A stretch of DNA of 64,000 bases from Alphaproteobacteria bacterium (GTDB lineage: Bacteria > Pseudomonadota > Alphaproteobacteria > Rs-D84): the NCBI GenBank assembly GCA_017502865.1, contig JAFVUD010000006.1:17699-81698 (forward strand). Reading direction: 5' to 3'. The translations under genes were made by a program, and so were the position numbers. The notes beneath the pieces are model-generated. The model saw nothing but the letters and a program-made list of their open reading frames with translations. It made no database searches and was not told where the DNA came from. The first letter of the stretch is position 1; every line of letters begins with the position of its first letter. Positions 9,657 through 18,241 of the stretch are shown here, piece after piece.

Positions 9657-10766
9657 ATGAATAAAAAAATACTGTTCAATTTAACCGATGCAGAAATTGC
9701 AGATTTAATGGCACAGATGGGCCAGCCAAAGTTTCGTGCAAAACAGGTGCGTGAATGGCTGATGCGGGGGGTGCCAGATGCCCAGGCAATGCGAAATCTG
9801 CCGGAAAAGTTGCGTAATGATTTAGATGAAATTGCCCAGACTTTGCCGGTTAGAATCATAAAGAAATTAGAATCCAGCGATGGTGAAACAACTAAATTTC
9901 TGTTGGAATTAAATGACGGCGAACAGATTGAATGTGTATTAATGCGAACAACATATGGCAACAGTGTTTGTGTCAGTTCCCAGGCCGGATGTGCAATGGG
10001 CTGCAAATTCTGTGCCAGTACACTGTTGGGATTAAAACGTAATTTGACCGCCAATGAAATATTTGCCCAGATTCTGGTTGCACAATGGGAACTGCGTCAG
10101 GACAGATTAAGCGACAAACCAATTCGACCAAATGGTGACCCAAACAATAATGATGTTTCGCATATTGTTATTATGGGAACCGGTGAACCATTGCAGAACA
10201 CGGAAAATGTTATCGATTTTATCGAACGTGCAAACGCAGACATGGGAATTGGATGGCGTAGAATTACGGTTTCTACGTGCGGGATTGTGCCGGGGATTGA
10301 CCGACTGATTGAATGGGGGCGACCAATAAATCTGGCGATATCGTTGCATGCACCGACCGATGAACTGCGTTCGCAGATTATGCCAATAAATAATAAATAT
10401 AAATTAGACGAAGTTTTGGATGCGGCGTGGCGGTTCACAGATTTACACAATCGCCAATTGATGATTGAATATATTCTGTTGGGTAAAAAAGACGAAAACG
10501 GCGAAACCGTTTTATACAATGCGACCCCGGAATATGCAGAAAAGTTATCGGCGTTGTTGCATGGTAAAAACTGTATGGTGAATTTGATTCCATGGAATGC
10601 GGTTGATGAACGTGACTTTGCATCACCATCGGGAAATGCGGTTCATCGTTTTCAAGACATACTGATTAAAAACGGCGTTCACACACGAATTCGCCGTGAA
10701 CGGGGAACAGATATTGGTTCGGCGTGCGGACAATTGCGATTAAACAATGCACGCAATAAAAAATAA
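9657..10766 (+). CDS. rlmN: 23S rRNA/tRNA A2503 methyltransferase RlmN (radical SAM)
   Basis: ..GQPKFRAKQVREWL.., radical SAM cluster CVSSQAGCAMGCKFCAST, C-terminal ..GSACGQL. Confidence 0.9.
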   Translation: MNKKILFNLTDAEIADLMAQMGQPKFRAKQVREWLMRGVPDAQAMRNLPEKLRNDLDEIAQTLPVRIIKKLESSDGETTKFLLELNDGEQIECVLMRTTYGNSVCVSSQAGCAMGCKFCASTLLGLKRNLTANEIFAQILVAQWELRQDRLSDKPIRPNGDPNNNDVSHIVIMGTGEPLQNTENVIDFIERANADMGIGWRRITVSTCGIVPGIDRLIEWGRPINLAISLHAPTDELRSQIMPINNKYKLDEVLDAAWRFTDLHNRQLMIEYILLGKKDENGETVLYNATPEYAEKLSALLHGKNCMVNLIPWNAVDERDFASPSGNAVHRFQDILIKNGVHTRIRRERGTDIGSACGQLRLNNARNKK

Positions 10767-10797
10767 AAACCGCCCAAAATTGGGCGGATTTTTATTT
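10765..10797. terminator. Bidirectional terminator (rlmN / ompA-like)
   Basis: A-run, CCGCCCA (10770-76) / TGGGCGG (10781-87), T-run. Confidence 0.7.
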
Positions 10798-10809
10798 GGG
10801 TCAAAATCA

Positions 10810-11448
10810 TTATTTGTTTGGAACGATTTTGATTTCTGTACGACGATTCTGGGCACGACCATCAGCAGTGCTGTTGGATGCGATTGGGTTTGATGAGCCC
10901 ATGCCCAAAACTTCGAAACGAGATGCCTTGACCCCCTGGCCCTGCAGATATGATGCAACGGATTGTGCACGATTCTTGGACAGGTTCAGGTTGTAGTCTG
11001 CACTGCCGGTGCTGTCGGTGTGGCCAGAAACCATAACGGTTGAATTGCTGTATTTGTTCAAAACCTTGGCAACTGAATTCAAGACAGGATAGAATGATGA
11101 ATTGATATCAGCAGAATCTGTTTTGAATGTGATATTGCCAGGCATTACCAAACGGATGCTGTCTTGGGTTTCGATAACCTGGACACCGGTTGATGCCAAT
11201 TCTGCACGCAATTCAGCGGCCTGGACATCCAAGTAATAACCAACGCCACCACCCACAGCGGCCCCAGCGGCGGCACCAATCAGGGCACCTTTGCTGCTTT
11301 GCGTGCTGCCAATCAGGGCACCAGTTGCAGCCCCCAGCGCAGTTCCCCATGTGGATTTTGCAGTTTGGGTTTGACCAGTGTATGGATTAACAGTTGTGCA
11401 GCCCGCCAATGTCGCCAAGACTGCAAATAATGCAAATAATTTTTTCAT
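10810..11448 (-). CDS. OmpA-family lipoprotein with glycine-zipper region
   Basis: Lipobox LATLAGC, a Gly/Ala zipper, and OmpA C-terminal domain ..GHTDSTGSADYNLNLSKNRAQSVASYL.. Confidence 0.8.
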   Translation of the reverse strand: MKKLFALFAVLATLAGCTTVNPYTGQTQTAKSTWGTALGAATGALIGSTQSSKGALIGAAAGAAVGGGVGYYLDVQAAELRAELASTGVQVIETQDSIRLVMPGNITFKTDSADINSSFYPVLNSVAKVLNKYSNSTVMVSGHTDSTGSADYNLNLSKNRAQSVASYLQGQGVKASRFEVLGMGSSNPIASNSTADGRAQNRRTEIKIVPNK

Positions 11449-11510
11449 ATGTTTTTCTCCCTTGGTATGTATGTGAACAGGTTATATCTTAAACCATATA
11501 AAGAAAAAAT

Positions 11511-11542
11511 AAATAAAAAAATGCCGCCCATTTGGACGACAT
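11511..11542 (-). terminator. Strand-specific terminator after the 11547-12659 ORF
   Basis: On the minus-strand RNA, AUGUCGUCC..GGGCGGCAU forms a stem that needs two G-U pairs and so is minus-specific. It is followed by TTTTTTATTT. Confidence 0.6.
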
Positions 11543-11546
11543 GATT

Positions 11547-12659
11547 TTATTTTTGTTTTTGCGTTTTTTTCATATTCAACGATATTAACGTTGCCATTTG
11601 ACCAAATGCGTTTTTCGCCGCCAATGTATTTTTACGCAGACGACGTGTTTCGAACACCGGTGGATTCGGCGACATTTCGGTTGCGGGTGCCGGAACATTC
11701 AATGGGCGTTCTGGGATTTCGGCCAGTTTGGGTTTGTTGTATGACGTCATGAATTCAGTATCCATATCTGTGAACAAATCGATTGGTTCTTCGTCTGGGT
11801 CATTGGTTGACATGGGCTGCGTTGCAGATGCGTTTTCTGGTTCAAAAAAGAAATCTGGCATAAAATCACGGGCCGGCATAATTGGCGGAATTGGTGCATA
11901 AGAATCACGTATCCGGGTCAATCGTTCCAGTTCGGCCGAAACCTGTTCTGTGGCCGTGGCGGTACAATCAGGCAAAATGTCATATTTTAACCATGCGATA
12001 TAGGCATCGGTGTTTTCATAATTCTTTTTGCGGATAAATTCAGGTAAACGCACACCGTCCGATACGACCCCAGGGGTTATGCCCAACAGGTCTTTTTTTG
12101 CACCATATTTTTCCATGCTTTCTTTCATTTGGGCAATAGACATAGATGAAAATACAGAATAAATCGCATGCCATGTGGCATCAGATGTATATTTAGAAAT
12201 ACGCTTGGCCAGGTATGATGGCAATGTCATATGCGAATCCATCATGCCTTGGATTAAAACGGCATTCTTTTTGAACATAAATGGACGTACCGGATATACC
12301 ATGTTGCGTTTATTCAGTACTATTTTTTTATATATATTGAAAACCTGGTCGTTGGCGGCCGCCTGGGTTATGGTTTCTGGATGTTCTTCACGGCGGGTGG
12401 TTTCAAAACTGCCCAGATATGCAGATGCACGTTCGGCCGGATTGATAATTGTTGCAGATTTGGTCAACATGCCACTGAACAGACAATCCAGTAAATCAAA
12501 TGAAAATTCACTGATGAACGGCCCACGGGGCGTTTGATTGCCCATAATTTCGCGAGAATATAATGCGATACGTTTTGTGTTGTCAACGGTCTTGAATTCA
12601 AAACCATGTGGGGCGAATTTATTCATTTGTCGCAGAAACCAGCCAGATTCAAATACCAT
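11547..12659 (-). CDS. Hypothetical protein (no recognisable family), Pro-rich C-terminal third with basic tail
   Basis: ORF 11547-12746 trimmed to ATG 12659 (SD GGGAG 9 nt upstream). The longer form would run through the tRNA-Val terminator. No signal peptide or TM segment seen. Confidence 0.6.
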   Translation of the reverse strand: MVFESGWFLRQMNKFAPHGFEFKTVDNTKRIALYSREIMGNQTPRGPFISEFSFDLLDCLFSGMLTKSATIINPAERASAYLGSFETTRREEHPETITQAAANDQVFNIYKKIVLNKRNMVYPVRPFMFKKNAVLIQGMMDSHMTLPSYLAKRISKYTSDATWHAIYSVFSSMSIAQMKESMEKYGAKKDLLGITPGVVSDGVRLPEFIRKKNYENTDAYIAWLKYDILPDCTATATEQVSAELERLTRIRDSYAPIPPIMPARDFMPDFFFEPENASATQPMSTNDPDEEPIDLFTDMDTEFMTSYNKPKLAEIPERPLNVPAPATEMSPNPPVFETRRLRKNTLAAKNAFGQMATLISLNMKKTQKQK

Positions 12660-12720
12660 ATATGTATGCTCCCTTGGGTTAATTATCGGGTTAAATTTTT
12701 GGGGCTTGGCCCCGGCATAA

Positions 12721-12743
12721 ATAAAAAATCCGCCAATGGCGGA
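12721..12743 (-). terminator. Terminator of tRNA-Val(UAC)
   Basis: TCCGCC (12729-34) / GGCGGA (12738-43), followed on the minus strand by TTTTTTA. Confidence 0.65.
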
Positions 12744-12752
12744 CACAAATTC

Positions 12753-12829
12753 TGGTGGGTGTTGAGGGACTCAAACCCCCGACCCTCTCGGTGTAAACGA
12801 GATGCTCTAATCAACTGAGCTAAACACCC
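12753..12829 (-). tRNA. tRNA-Val (anticodon UAC)
   Basis: Minus strand GGGTGTTTAGCTCAGTTGATTAGAGCATCTCGTTTACACCGAGAGGGTCGGGGGTTTGAGTCCCTCAACACCCACCA. Full cloverleaf, anticodon loop TTTACAC, encoded CCA. The D-loop has A19 and the T-loop has U56, a compensated tertiary pair. Confidence 0.9.
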
Positions 12830-12841
12830 GAAAGCCAGCGT

Positions 12842-12870
12842 ATATTAAATCATTTTTTTTCACTTGTCCA
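12842..12870 (-). promoter_or_regulatory. Promoter of tRNA-Val(UAC)
   Basis: Minus strand TGGACA (12870-65), 17 nt, TAATAT (12847-42), 12 nt before the tRNA 5' end. Confidence 0.5.
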
Positions 12871-12928
12871 GTACTTTTTTGCTTTTTTGTAATTTTTGTC
12901 CGTTTTGTACAAATGAAAATATTATTAT

Positions 12929-12956
12929 TTGCAAATGGCTAAATATACTCTATAAT
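12929..12956 (+). promoter_or_regulatory. pnp promoter
   Basis: TTGCAA (12929-34), 16 nt, TATAAT (12951-56). Confidence 0.55.
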
Positions 12957-12963
12957 TTCCGGT

Positions 12964-13031
12964 GCGAAGGTGAAATTATTCATTTGTGCACTTAGGATAC
13001 AAGAGTGCAGAAACGAATGATTTTTCTTCGC
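12964..13031 (+). promoter_or_regulatory. Long imperfect hairpin in the pnp 5' leader (RNase III-type autoregulatory stem candidate)
   Basis: 5' arm GCGAAGGTGAAATTATTCATTTGTGCACT pairs with 3' arm AGTGCAGAAACGAATGATTTTTCTTCGC. About 26 bp with a few mismatches and G-U pairs, and an 11-nt loop. It starts at the predicted TSS. Confidence 0.55.
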
Positions 13032-13069
13032 ATGATTAAAAAAACAAGTAAAAAAATGGAGAAAAACTA

Positions 13070-15238
13070 ATGTTATTTGGTTTGTTTAACAAAGACGAAA
13101 AAACACAGTTGAATAATCCAATTGCAGTTGAAATCCCATACGGTGATGAAACACTGCGTTTGGAAACAGGTCGTATGGCCAAACAGGCAAATGGTTCTGT
13201 GTTGGCGACAATGGGTGGAACAATGGTTCTGGCAACAGTTTGTGCAGAAAAATCTGCAGTCGAAGGCCAGGATTTCTTTCCATTGACAGTTGATTACCAG
13301 GAAAAATTTGCATCGGCCGGTCGTATCCCAGGGTCACGTGATCGCCGTGAAGGCAAGGCATCAACAGCAGAAACATTGATTGCACGTTTGATTGACCGCC
13401 CTATCCGTCCGTTGTTCCCAGAAACATTCAAAAACAAAGTTCAAATTATCGCACAGGTATTTTCATACGATAAAAAGAACCAGCCAGATATCTTGGCTAT
13501 GATTGCATCCAGTGCTGCGTTGGCATTGTCGGGTGTTCCTTTCCAGGGGCCAATCGGTGCCGCACGTGTTGGATATGCAGATGGTAAATACATTTTGAAT
13601 CCATCTAAAAAAGCAACCGAAGAATCTGAAATGGATTTGGTTGTAGCCGCAACAAAAGACGGCGTTTTGATGGTTGAATCTGAAATCGGCGAATTGGACG
13701 AAGCCACAACATTGGGCGCAGTTAAATTCGGTTTCGATGCACAGCAAGATGTTATCAAGGCCATTAACGAATTGGCTGAAAAAGCGGGCAAAGAACGCTG
13801 GGCAACACCAGAAAAGACCGCAGAACAAATCGCAATGGAAGCGGACTTTGAACAGTTTGCAGGCAAAATCGAAGAAGCATTGCAGATTAAAGAAAAATTG
13901 GTTCGTTTGGAAACATTGGCCAACATTCACGCAGAAGCCAAAGCACGCATTCCAGAATTGTTCCCAGAAACAGAACGTGCGGCATCTACACTGGAATCAT
14001 GGGCCGATGAAGTTGTTGAAAACCTGACTGCACGTATTATGCGTGGCAATATCTTGGCCGGGAAACCACGTATTGACGGTCGTGATAACAAGACAGTTCG
14101 TCCAATTGAAATCGAACTGGGCGTGTTGCCACGTGCACACGGGTCTGCATTGTTCACACGTGGTGAAACACAGGCATTGGTATCATTGACACTGGGTGGT
14201 GGCAAAGATGCGTTGCCAATTGAATCACTGGACGGCGCAGAAGAACGTGATTTCATTTTGAACTATAATTTCCCAGGCTATTCCGTGGGTGAATGCAAAG
14301 GTTTGAAATCACCAGGTCGTCGTGAAATCGGTCATGGTAATTTGGCATGGCGTGCGGTTCACCCAATGGTGCCAAGCCGCAGCGAATTCGACTATGTAAT
14401 TCGTATCGTGTCTGATATCTTGGAATCAAACGGTTCATCATCTATGGCGACAACATGTGGCGCAACATTGGCAATGATGGACGGTGGTGTTCCTATGAAA
14501 CGTCCAGTTGCAGGTATCGCAATGGGTCTGATTAAAGAAGGCGACGATTACACAATCTTGACAGATATTTTGGGTGACGAAGACCACCTGGGCGATATGG
14601 ACTTTAAGGTGACAGGTACAGACCAGGGTATCACTGCGTTGCAGATGGATATTAAAATCACATCTATTACGTTCGAAATCATGGAACGCGCATTGGCCCA
14701 GGCAAAAGATGGCCGTATGCACATCTTGGGCAAGATTGAAAAAGCAATCAAAAAGCCACGTGCAAACGTTTCTGAATTCGCACCACAGGCATATGCCATG
14801 AAAATCAATCCGGACAAAGTTCGTGAAGTTATTGGTAAAGGCGGCAGCGTTATCCAAGCACTGACACGTGAAACAAATACCCAGATTGATTTGGCAGATG
14901 ATGGTTCTATTAAAATTATGGCAACAACAAAAGAAGAAGCAGACGAAGCAATTCGCCGCATCAAAGACATTGTTGCAGAACCAGAAGTTGGTGAAATCTA
15001 TAAAGGTACAGTGTCGGGCATGAAAGACTTTGGTTTGTTCGTGAAAATCATGAACGGGTTCGAAGCAATGGTTCATATTTCTGAAATCACAGGTGAACGT
15101 ATTGCAAAAATCGAAGACACCAAAATCAAAGAAGGCGACACAGTTTATGTACGCTATCTGGGGGCCGACAAACGTGGTAAAACACGCATGTCTATGGTTG
15201 GCATCGACCAGAAAACAGGTGAAGAAATCAAAAAATAA
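13070..15238 (+). CDS. pnp: Polyribonucleotide nucleotidyltransferase (PNPase)
   Basis: 722 aa with two RNase PH domains, then KH and S1 (..GEIYKGTVSGMKDFGLFVKI..). Confidence 0.95.
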   Translation: MLFGLFNKDEKTQLNNPIAVEIPYGDETLRLETGRMAKQANGSVLATMGGTMVLATVCAEKSAVEGQDFFPLTVDYQEKFASAGRIPGSRDRREGKASTAETLIARLIDRPIRPLFPETFKNKVQIIAQVFSYDKKNQPDILAMIASSAALALSGVPFQGPIGAARVGYADGKYILNPSKKATEESEMDLVVAATKDGVLMVESEIGELDEATTLGAVKFGFDAQQDVIKAINELAEKAGKERWATPEKTAEQIAMEADFEQFAGKIEEALQIKEKLVRLETLANIHAEAKARIPELFPETERAASTLESWADEVVENLTARIMRGNILAGKPRIDGRDNKTVRPIEIELGVLPRAHGSALFTRGETQALVSLTLGGGKDALPIESLDGAEERDFILNYNFPGYSVGECKGLKSPGRREIGHGNLAWRAVHPMVPSRSEFDYVIRIVSDILESNGSSSMATTCGATLAMMDGGVPMKRPVAGIAMGLIKEGDDYTILTDILGDEDHLGDMDFKVTGTDQGITALQMDIKITSITFEIMERALAQAKDGRMHILGKIEKAIKKPRANVSEFAPQAYAMKINPDKVREVIGKGGSVIQALTRETNTQIDLADDGSIKIMATTKEEADEAIRRIKDIVAEPEVGEIYKGTVSGMKDFGLFVKIMNGFEAMVHISEITGERIAKIEDTKIKEGDTVYVRYLGADKRGKTRMSMVGIDQKTGEEIKK

Positions 15239-15247
15239 GGGTTGGTT

Positions 15248-15610
15248 ATGACACCTGAACAACTGAAATGGACAGACGAACAATGGGCAGGACACTTGCA
15301 GTGCCCTGTCCAGGATGTTCCAAAATTCAAAAAGTATCTGGAAAGTAATTTCTGGCTGGGGATTTGGCAGGACAGAGAATCTGGCCTGAAATACGCCCAG
15401 GTGCAGGTTAGACACGACACACCGTCTGGGTGTATCAGATTTATTCCAATGGTTTCTTCTGAACATCTTGATTTGCCATTGGATAAAATTGTTGAACACA
15501 CCAACAATACATTTATACCATCACTGGTATTGAAACCAGATGTGGCAAAAATGCGTGGCGTGCCAGAAAAAATTCTGCACATGCTGCATATAAACAATAA
15601 ACAAAAATAA
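15248..15610 (+). CDS. Hypothetical protein
   Basis: ORF 15242-15610 (the track start is TTG). The first ATG is at 15248, 9 nt after the pnp stop, so it is likely co-transcribed. No recognisable domain. Confidence 0.5.
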   Translation: MTPEQLKWTDEQWAGHLQCPVQDVPKFKKYLESNFWLGIWQDRESGLKYAQVQVRHDTPSGCIRFIPMVSSEHLDLPLDKIVEHTNNTFIPSLVLKPDVAKMRGVPEKILHMLHINNKQK

Positions 15611-15628
15611 AGGCAGAGGGAGAATAAA

Positions 15629-15928
15629 ATGGATATGGAAGCATTGATGGCACAGGCCGCAGATTTACAAAACAAAGTGGCCGCCGCCCAGGAACAATTA
15701 GCACAGACAAAAATCAAAGGCATTGCCACAGGCGGTGCATGCATTGTGGAAATGACCGGTAAATATGATGTGTTAAAAATCACAATCCGTCCAGATGTTC
15801 TGTCCCAGGGTGCAGATGCCGTTGCAGATGTTGTTTTGTCTGCAATGAAGGACGCCAAGACCAAAGCCGACGAAACAATCGACCAGGTTATGGGTGATGC
15901 AACCGCCGGTGTTCAAATGCCGATGTAA
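15629..15928 (+). CDS. ybaB: Nucleoid-associated protein YbaB/EbfC
   Basis: 99 aa, MDMEALMAQAADLQNKVAAAQEQLAQTKIKG..GGACIVEMTGKYDVLKITI.. typical of YbaB. SD GGGAG. Confidence 0.9.
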   Translation: MDMEALMAQAADLQNKVAAAQEQLAQTKIKGIATGGACIVEMTGKYDVLKITIRPDVLSQGADAVADVVLSAMKDAKTKADETIDQVMGDATAGVQMPM

Positions 15929-15950
15929 TATTGTGCAAAATAAAAAATTT

Positions 15951-15975
15951 ACGCCCCGTTTGGTGCGTTTTTATT
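15951..15975 (+). terminator. Terminator after ybaB
   Basis: ACGCCCC-GTTT-GGTGCGT (one mismatch), then TTTTT. Confidence 0.55.
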
Positions 15976-15978
15976 TGA

Positions 15979-18186
15979 TTACTGTGCCGGTTCCAGAACA
16001 CGTATTTCCTGGGTCTGGGGGTCATAGATTCGTGGAACACCCGGATAACCCAACGTGCGATGGTGCGACGGAATCAAGAATTCAGGCAATGGCGATGATT
16101 CACCCATGGCCATCATTTTGGACAAACGTGAATCTTTATATGCAAATTGTTTATCCGCTTCGATTGGGCGATGGTACCACCCCTGGAAAATCACCAACTG
16201 TTTATCATTGGACATTTTCATAATATCCATAGGCGTGTACAACAGTGATTCTTTGGTGATTTCTTTGCCATCGGGGCCTTTTTCTTTCTTCATCTTCATA
16301 CCCATCATAGACGAAAAACGTTCGGCTGTTTTTGGATCGTTTTGACGTAATACAACCTTGGCTGCGGTGGTTGAAATGATTGTGTCGGCGGCTTCGTGGC
16401 CATATTTTTCGGCAATCTGGTTCAGGTCCTGGCCAATTAACAGGTATGAAATCTTTTGACCACGCCCCAGGTCGGGCCCCTGAATCACGGCCTGCATTTT
16501 CTGCATTTTTGGCATTTCGTCCAATACAAACAGAACTGGATATGGCCCCATTTCCACACCATCGTGCATATCGCCCGGCTTGTTCGCCAACAGGAAGTTT
16601 GACATTAATTCGATAAAGATTGCAGTGATTGGATTCAAGGCCTGGGCATCAACCATGTTGATGGACAGGTATACGGTCACAGGCTTAATCTTGCCATCAC
16701 GGGGGTCACGAATTCCACGCAGGTCGGAAAAGTGGAAGTCCGAATGGCTGGTACGATTGCGGACCGCTGCATTACGGAATATGGTCAGCCCAGACAATGC
16801 CGTTGACATAATAGAACCACGTTCTTTGTCGGGGGTATTGCTAAGTTGGGTTAGTTCCTGGACCGCACGATGAGAATATGCATAGCGGCGTGCTTCGTCC
16901 ACAGCGTTTTGGAACAAATCTTTCATTGGGTCTGCCATCATTACCATTTGGTCACCGGAACGGCGGCGTTCTTCCATTTGTTGGGCGATGGCGATTTGGC
17001 TGGACGTCAGCCAATCCAATACCATGGGCAGGGACGCTTCTTTGCCACGCCAGGCATCTGGAATATTTTCCCATGTGCCGACATGAACATAATTCATTGC
17101 GTTTAATTCGCCACGCTGCAACATTGCATGGGCGGCATACGCATTTGGATCGGTCATCATTGACAGATAATAATCAGATAATACGGCGGCATCTTCGGCA
17201 TTAAATGTGCCAGATGTCATACGGGCATAGAAGTAATCATCGGCCTTGGCACGTTCAACCTTGGACACGATGTACTGTAAAAATCCGGTCAAGGCGGCAC
17301 GACCGGTAATTGTCCAGTGCGGGTCAGCCGATGATGATGAACGGTCTGGTATCAGGGTATTGCAGATAGAATCGATGTACAGGTCACGCTGTTCCTGGTT
17401 AAATGGGACATGTTCGGGTGACAATGGATTCCATGATGGGTAATAAATACCACGTGCAGGATCATCTTGGCCCGCCCAATTCATAATGAACACCGGCCCA
17501 ACCGTTGAACGGTATGCAGATGTAGACTGTTTCAATTCAGGCTTTGGATCGTTGATAATCATTGAAACTTCGTTACATTCCAAAATCGTTGGAATAACAA
17601 CACCCTGGGTTTTACCGGTTCCCGGGGGGGCAACACACAATGTTGACAGACATTCATCCATCATTAATGGTTTCTTTTTGAAATAGCCCAAAACCATCAT
17701 AAAACCACCAATCAGGCCCATTTTTTTAACGTCGGCTTCGGTTGCTTTGTTCGAAGATTTTTCATCAAATTTATCTTTGCCATGGGGGTTAAATTCATCC
17801 GTCAGGGTTGCATCACTGATGAAATAATAGGCAATAATTGGAAACAATGGGGTCATGCACATTAAATCTGTACGCCATACAGAACGCCCCAACCAGTCTG
17901 GTAATTCAGCCAACACAGAAATACCGCCACTGAACAGCATATTTTTCAAATACAGACCCGTCCAATGTGCGGTCGCCGGTGACCAACCGTATCGCCAGAT
18001 ATGTTCAACCACAAATGACAGGCCAAACGCCAGCGCACATACTAGCCAAATACCAACCGCCCAACGAATTGACCAGAATATTTGTGCGTATGGGGTGCGT
18101 TCGTGTTCTTTGTACGAACCAGATGCAAAGATTTTCAAACCTTTGCCTTTGCCAGATAATGATAAAAAGTTGAACTTCTCGGCCAT
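15979..18186 (-). CDS. virD4: Type IV secretion coupling protein, VirD4/TraG family (stand-alone)
   Basis: 735 aa with N-terminal TM segments, Walker A CVAPPGTGKTQGVVIP and Walker B VLFVLDEMPKM, plus ..LLIGQDLNQIAEKYG.. No other T4SS gene in the window. Confidence 0.85.
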   Translation of the reverse strand: MAEKFNFLSLSGKGKGLKIFASGSYKEHERTPYAQIFWSIRWAVGIWLVCALAFGLSFVVEHIWRYGWSPATAHWTGLYLKNMLFSGGISVLAELPDWLGRSVWRTDLMCMTPLFPIIAYYFISDATLTDEFNPHGKDKFDEKSSNKATEADVKKMGLIGGFMMVLGYFKKKPLMMDECLSTLCVAPPGTGKTQGVVIPTILECNEVSMIINDPKPELKQSTSAYRSTVGPVFIMNWAGQDDPARGIYYPSWNPLSPEHVPFNQEQRDLYIDSICNTLIPDRSSSSADPHWTITGRAALTGFLQYIVSKVERAKADDYFYARMTSGTFNAEDAAVLSDYYLSMMTDPNAYAAHAMLQRGELNAMNYVHVGTWENIPDAWRGKEASLPMVLDWLTSSQIAIAQQMEERRRSGDQMVMMADPMKDLFQNAVDEARRYAYSHRAVQELTQLSNTPDKERGSIMSTALSGLTIFRNAAVRNRTSHSDFHFSDLRGIRDPRDGKIKPVTVYLSINMVDAQALNPITAIFIELMSNFLLANKPGDMHDGVEMGPYPVLFVLDEMPKMQKMQAVIQGPDLGRGQKISYLLIGQDLNQIAEKYGHEAADTIISTTAAKVVLRQNDPKTAERFSSMMGMKMKKEKGPDGKEITKESLLYTPMDIMKMSNDKQLVIFQGWYHRPIEADKQFAYKDSRLSKMMAMGESSPLPEFLIPSHHRTLGYPGVPRIYDPQTQEIRVLEPAQ

Positions 18187-18195
18187 TGTGTTATG

Positions 18196-18224
18196 ATTAT
18201 AACAGAAAAAAGCACATTTATAAA
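18196..18224 (-). promoter_or_regulatory. virD4 promoter (leaderless architecture)
   Basis: Minus strand TTTATA (18224-19), 17 nt, TATAAT (18201-18196), 9 nt, ATG (18186). Overlapped by the palindrome TGTTATGATTATAACA. Confidence 0.45.
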
Positions 18225-18241
18225 TCAGGAATTATAATTTT

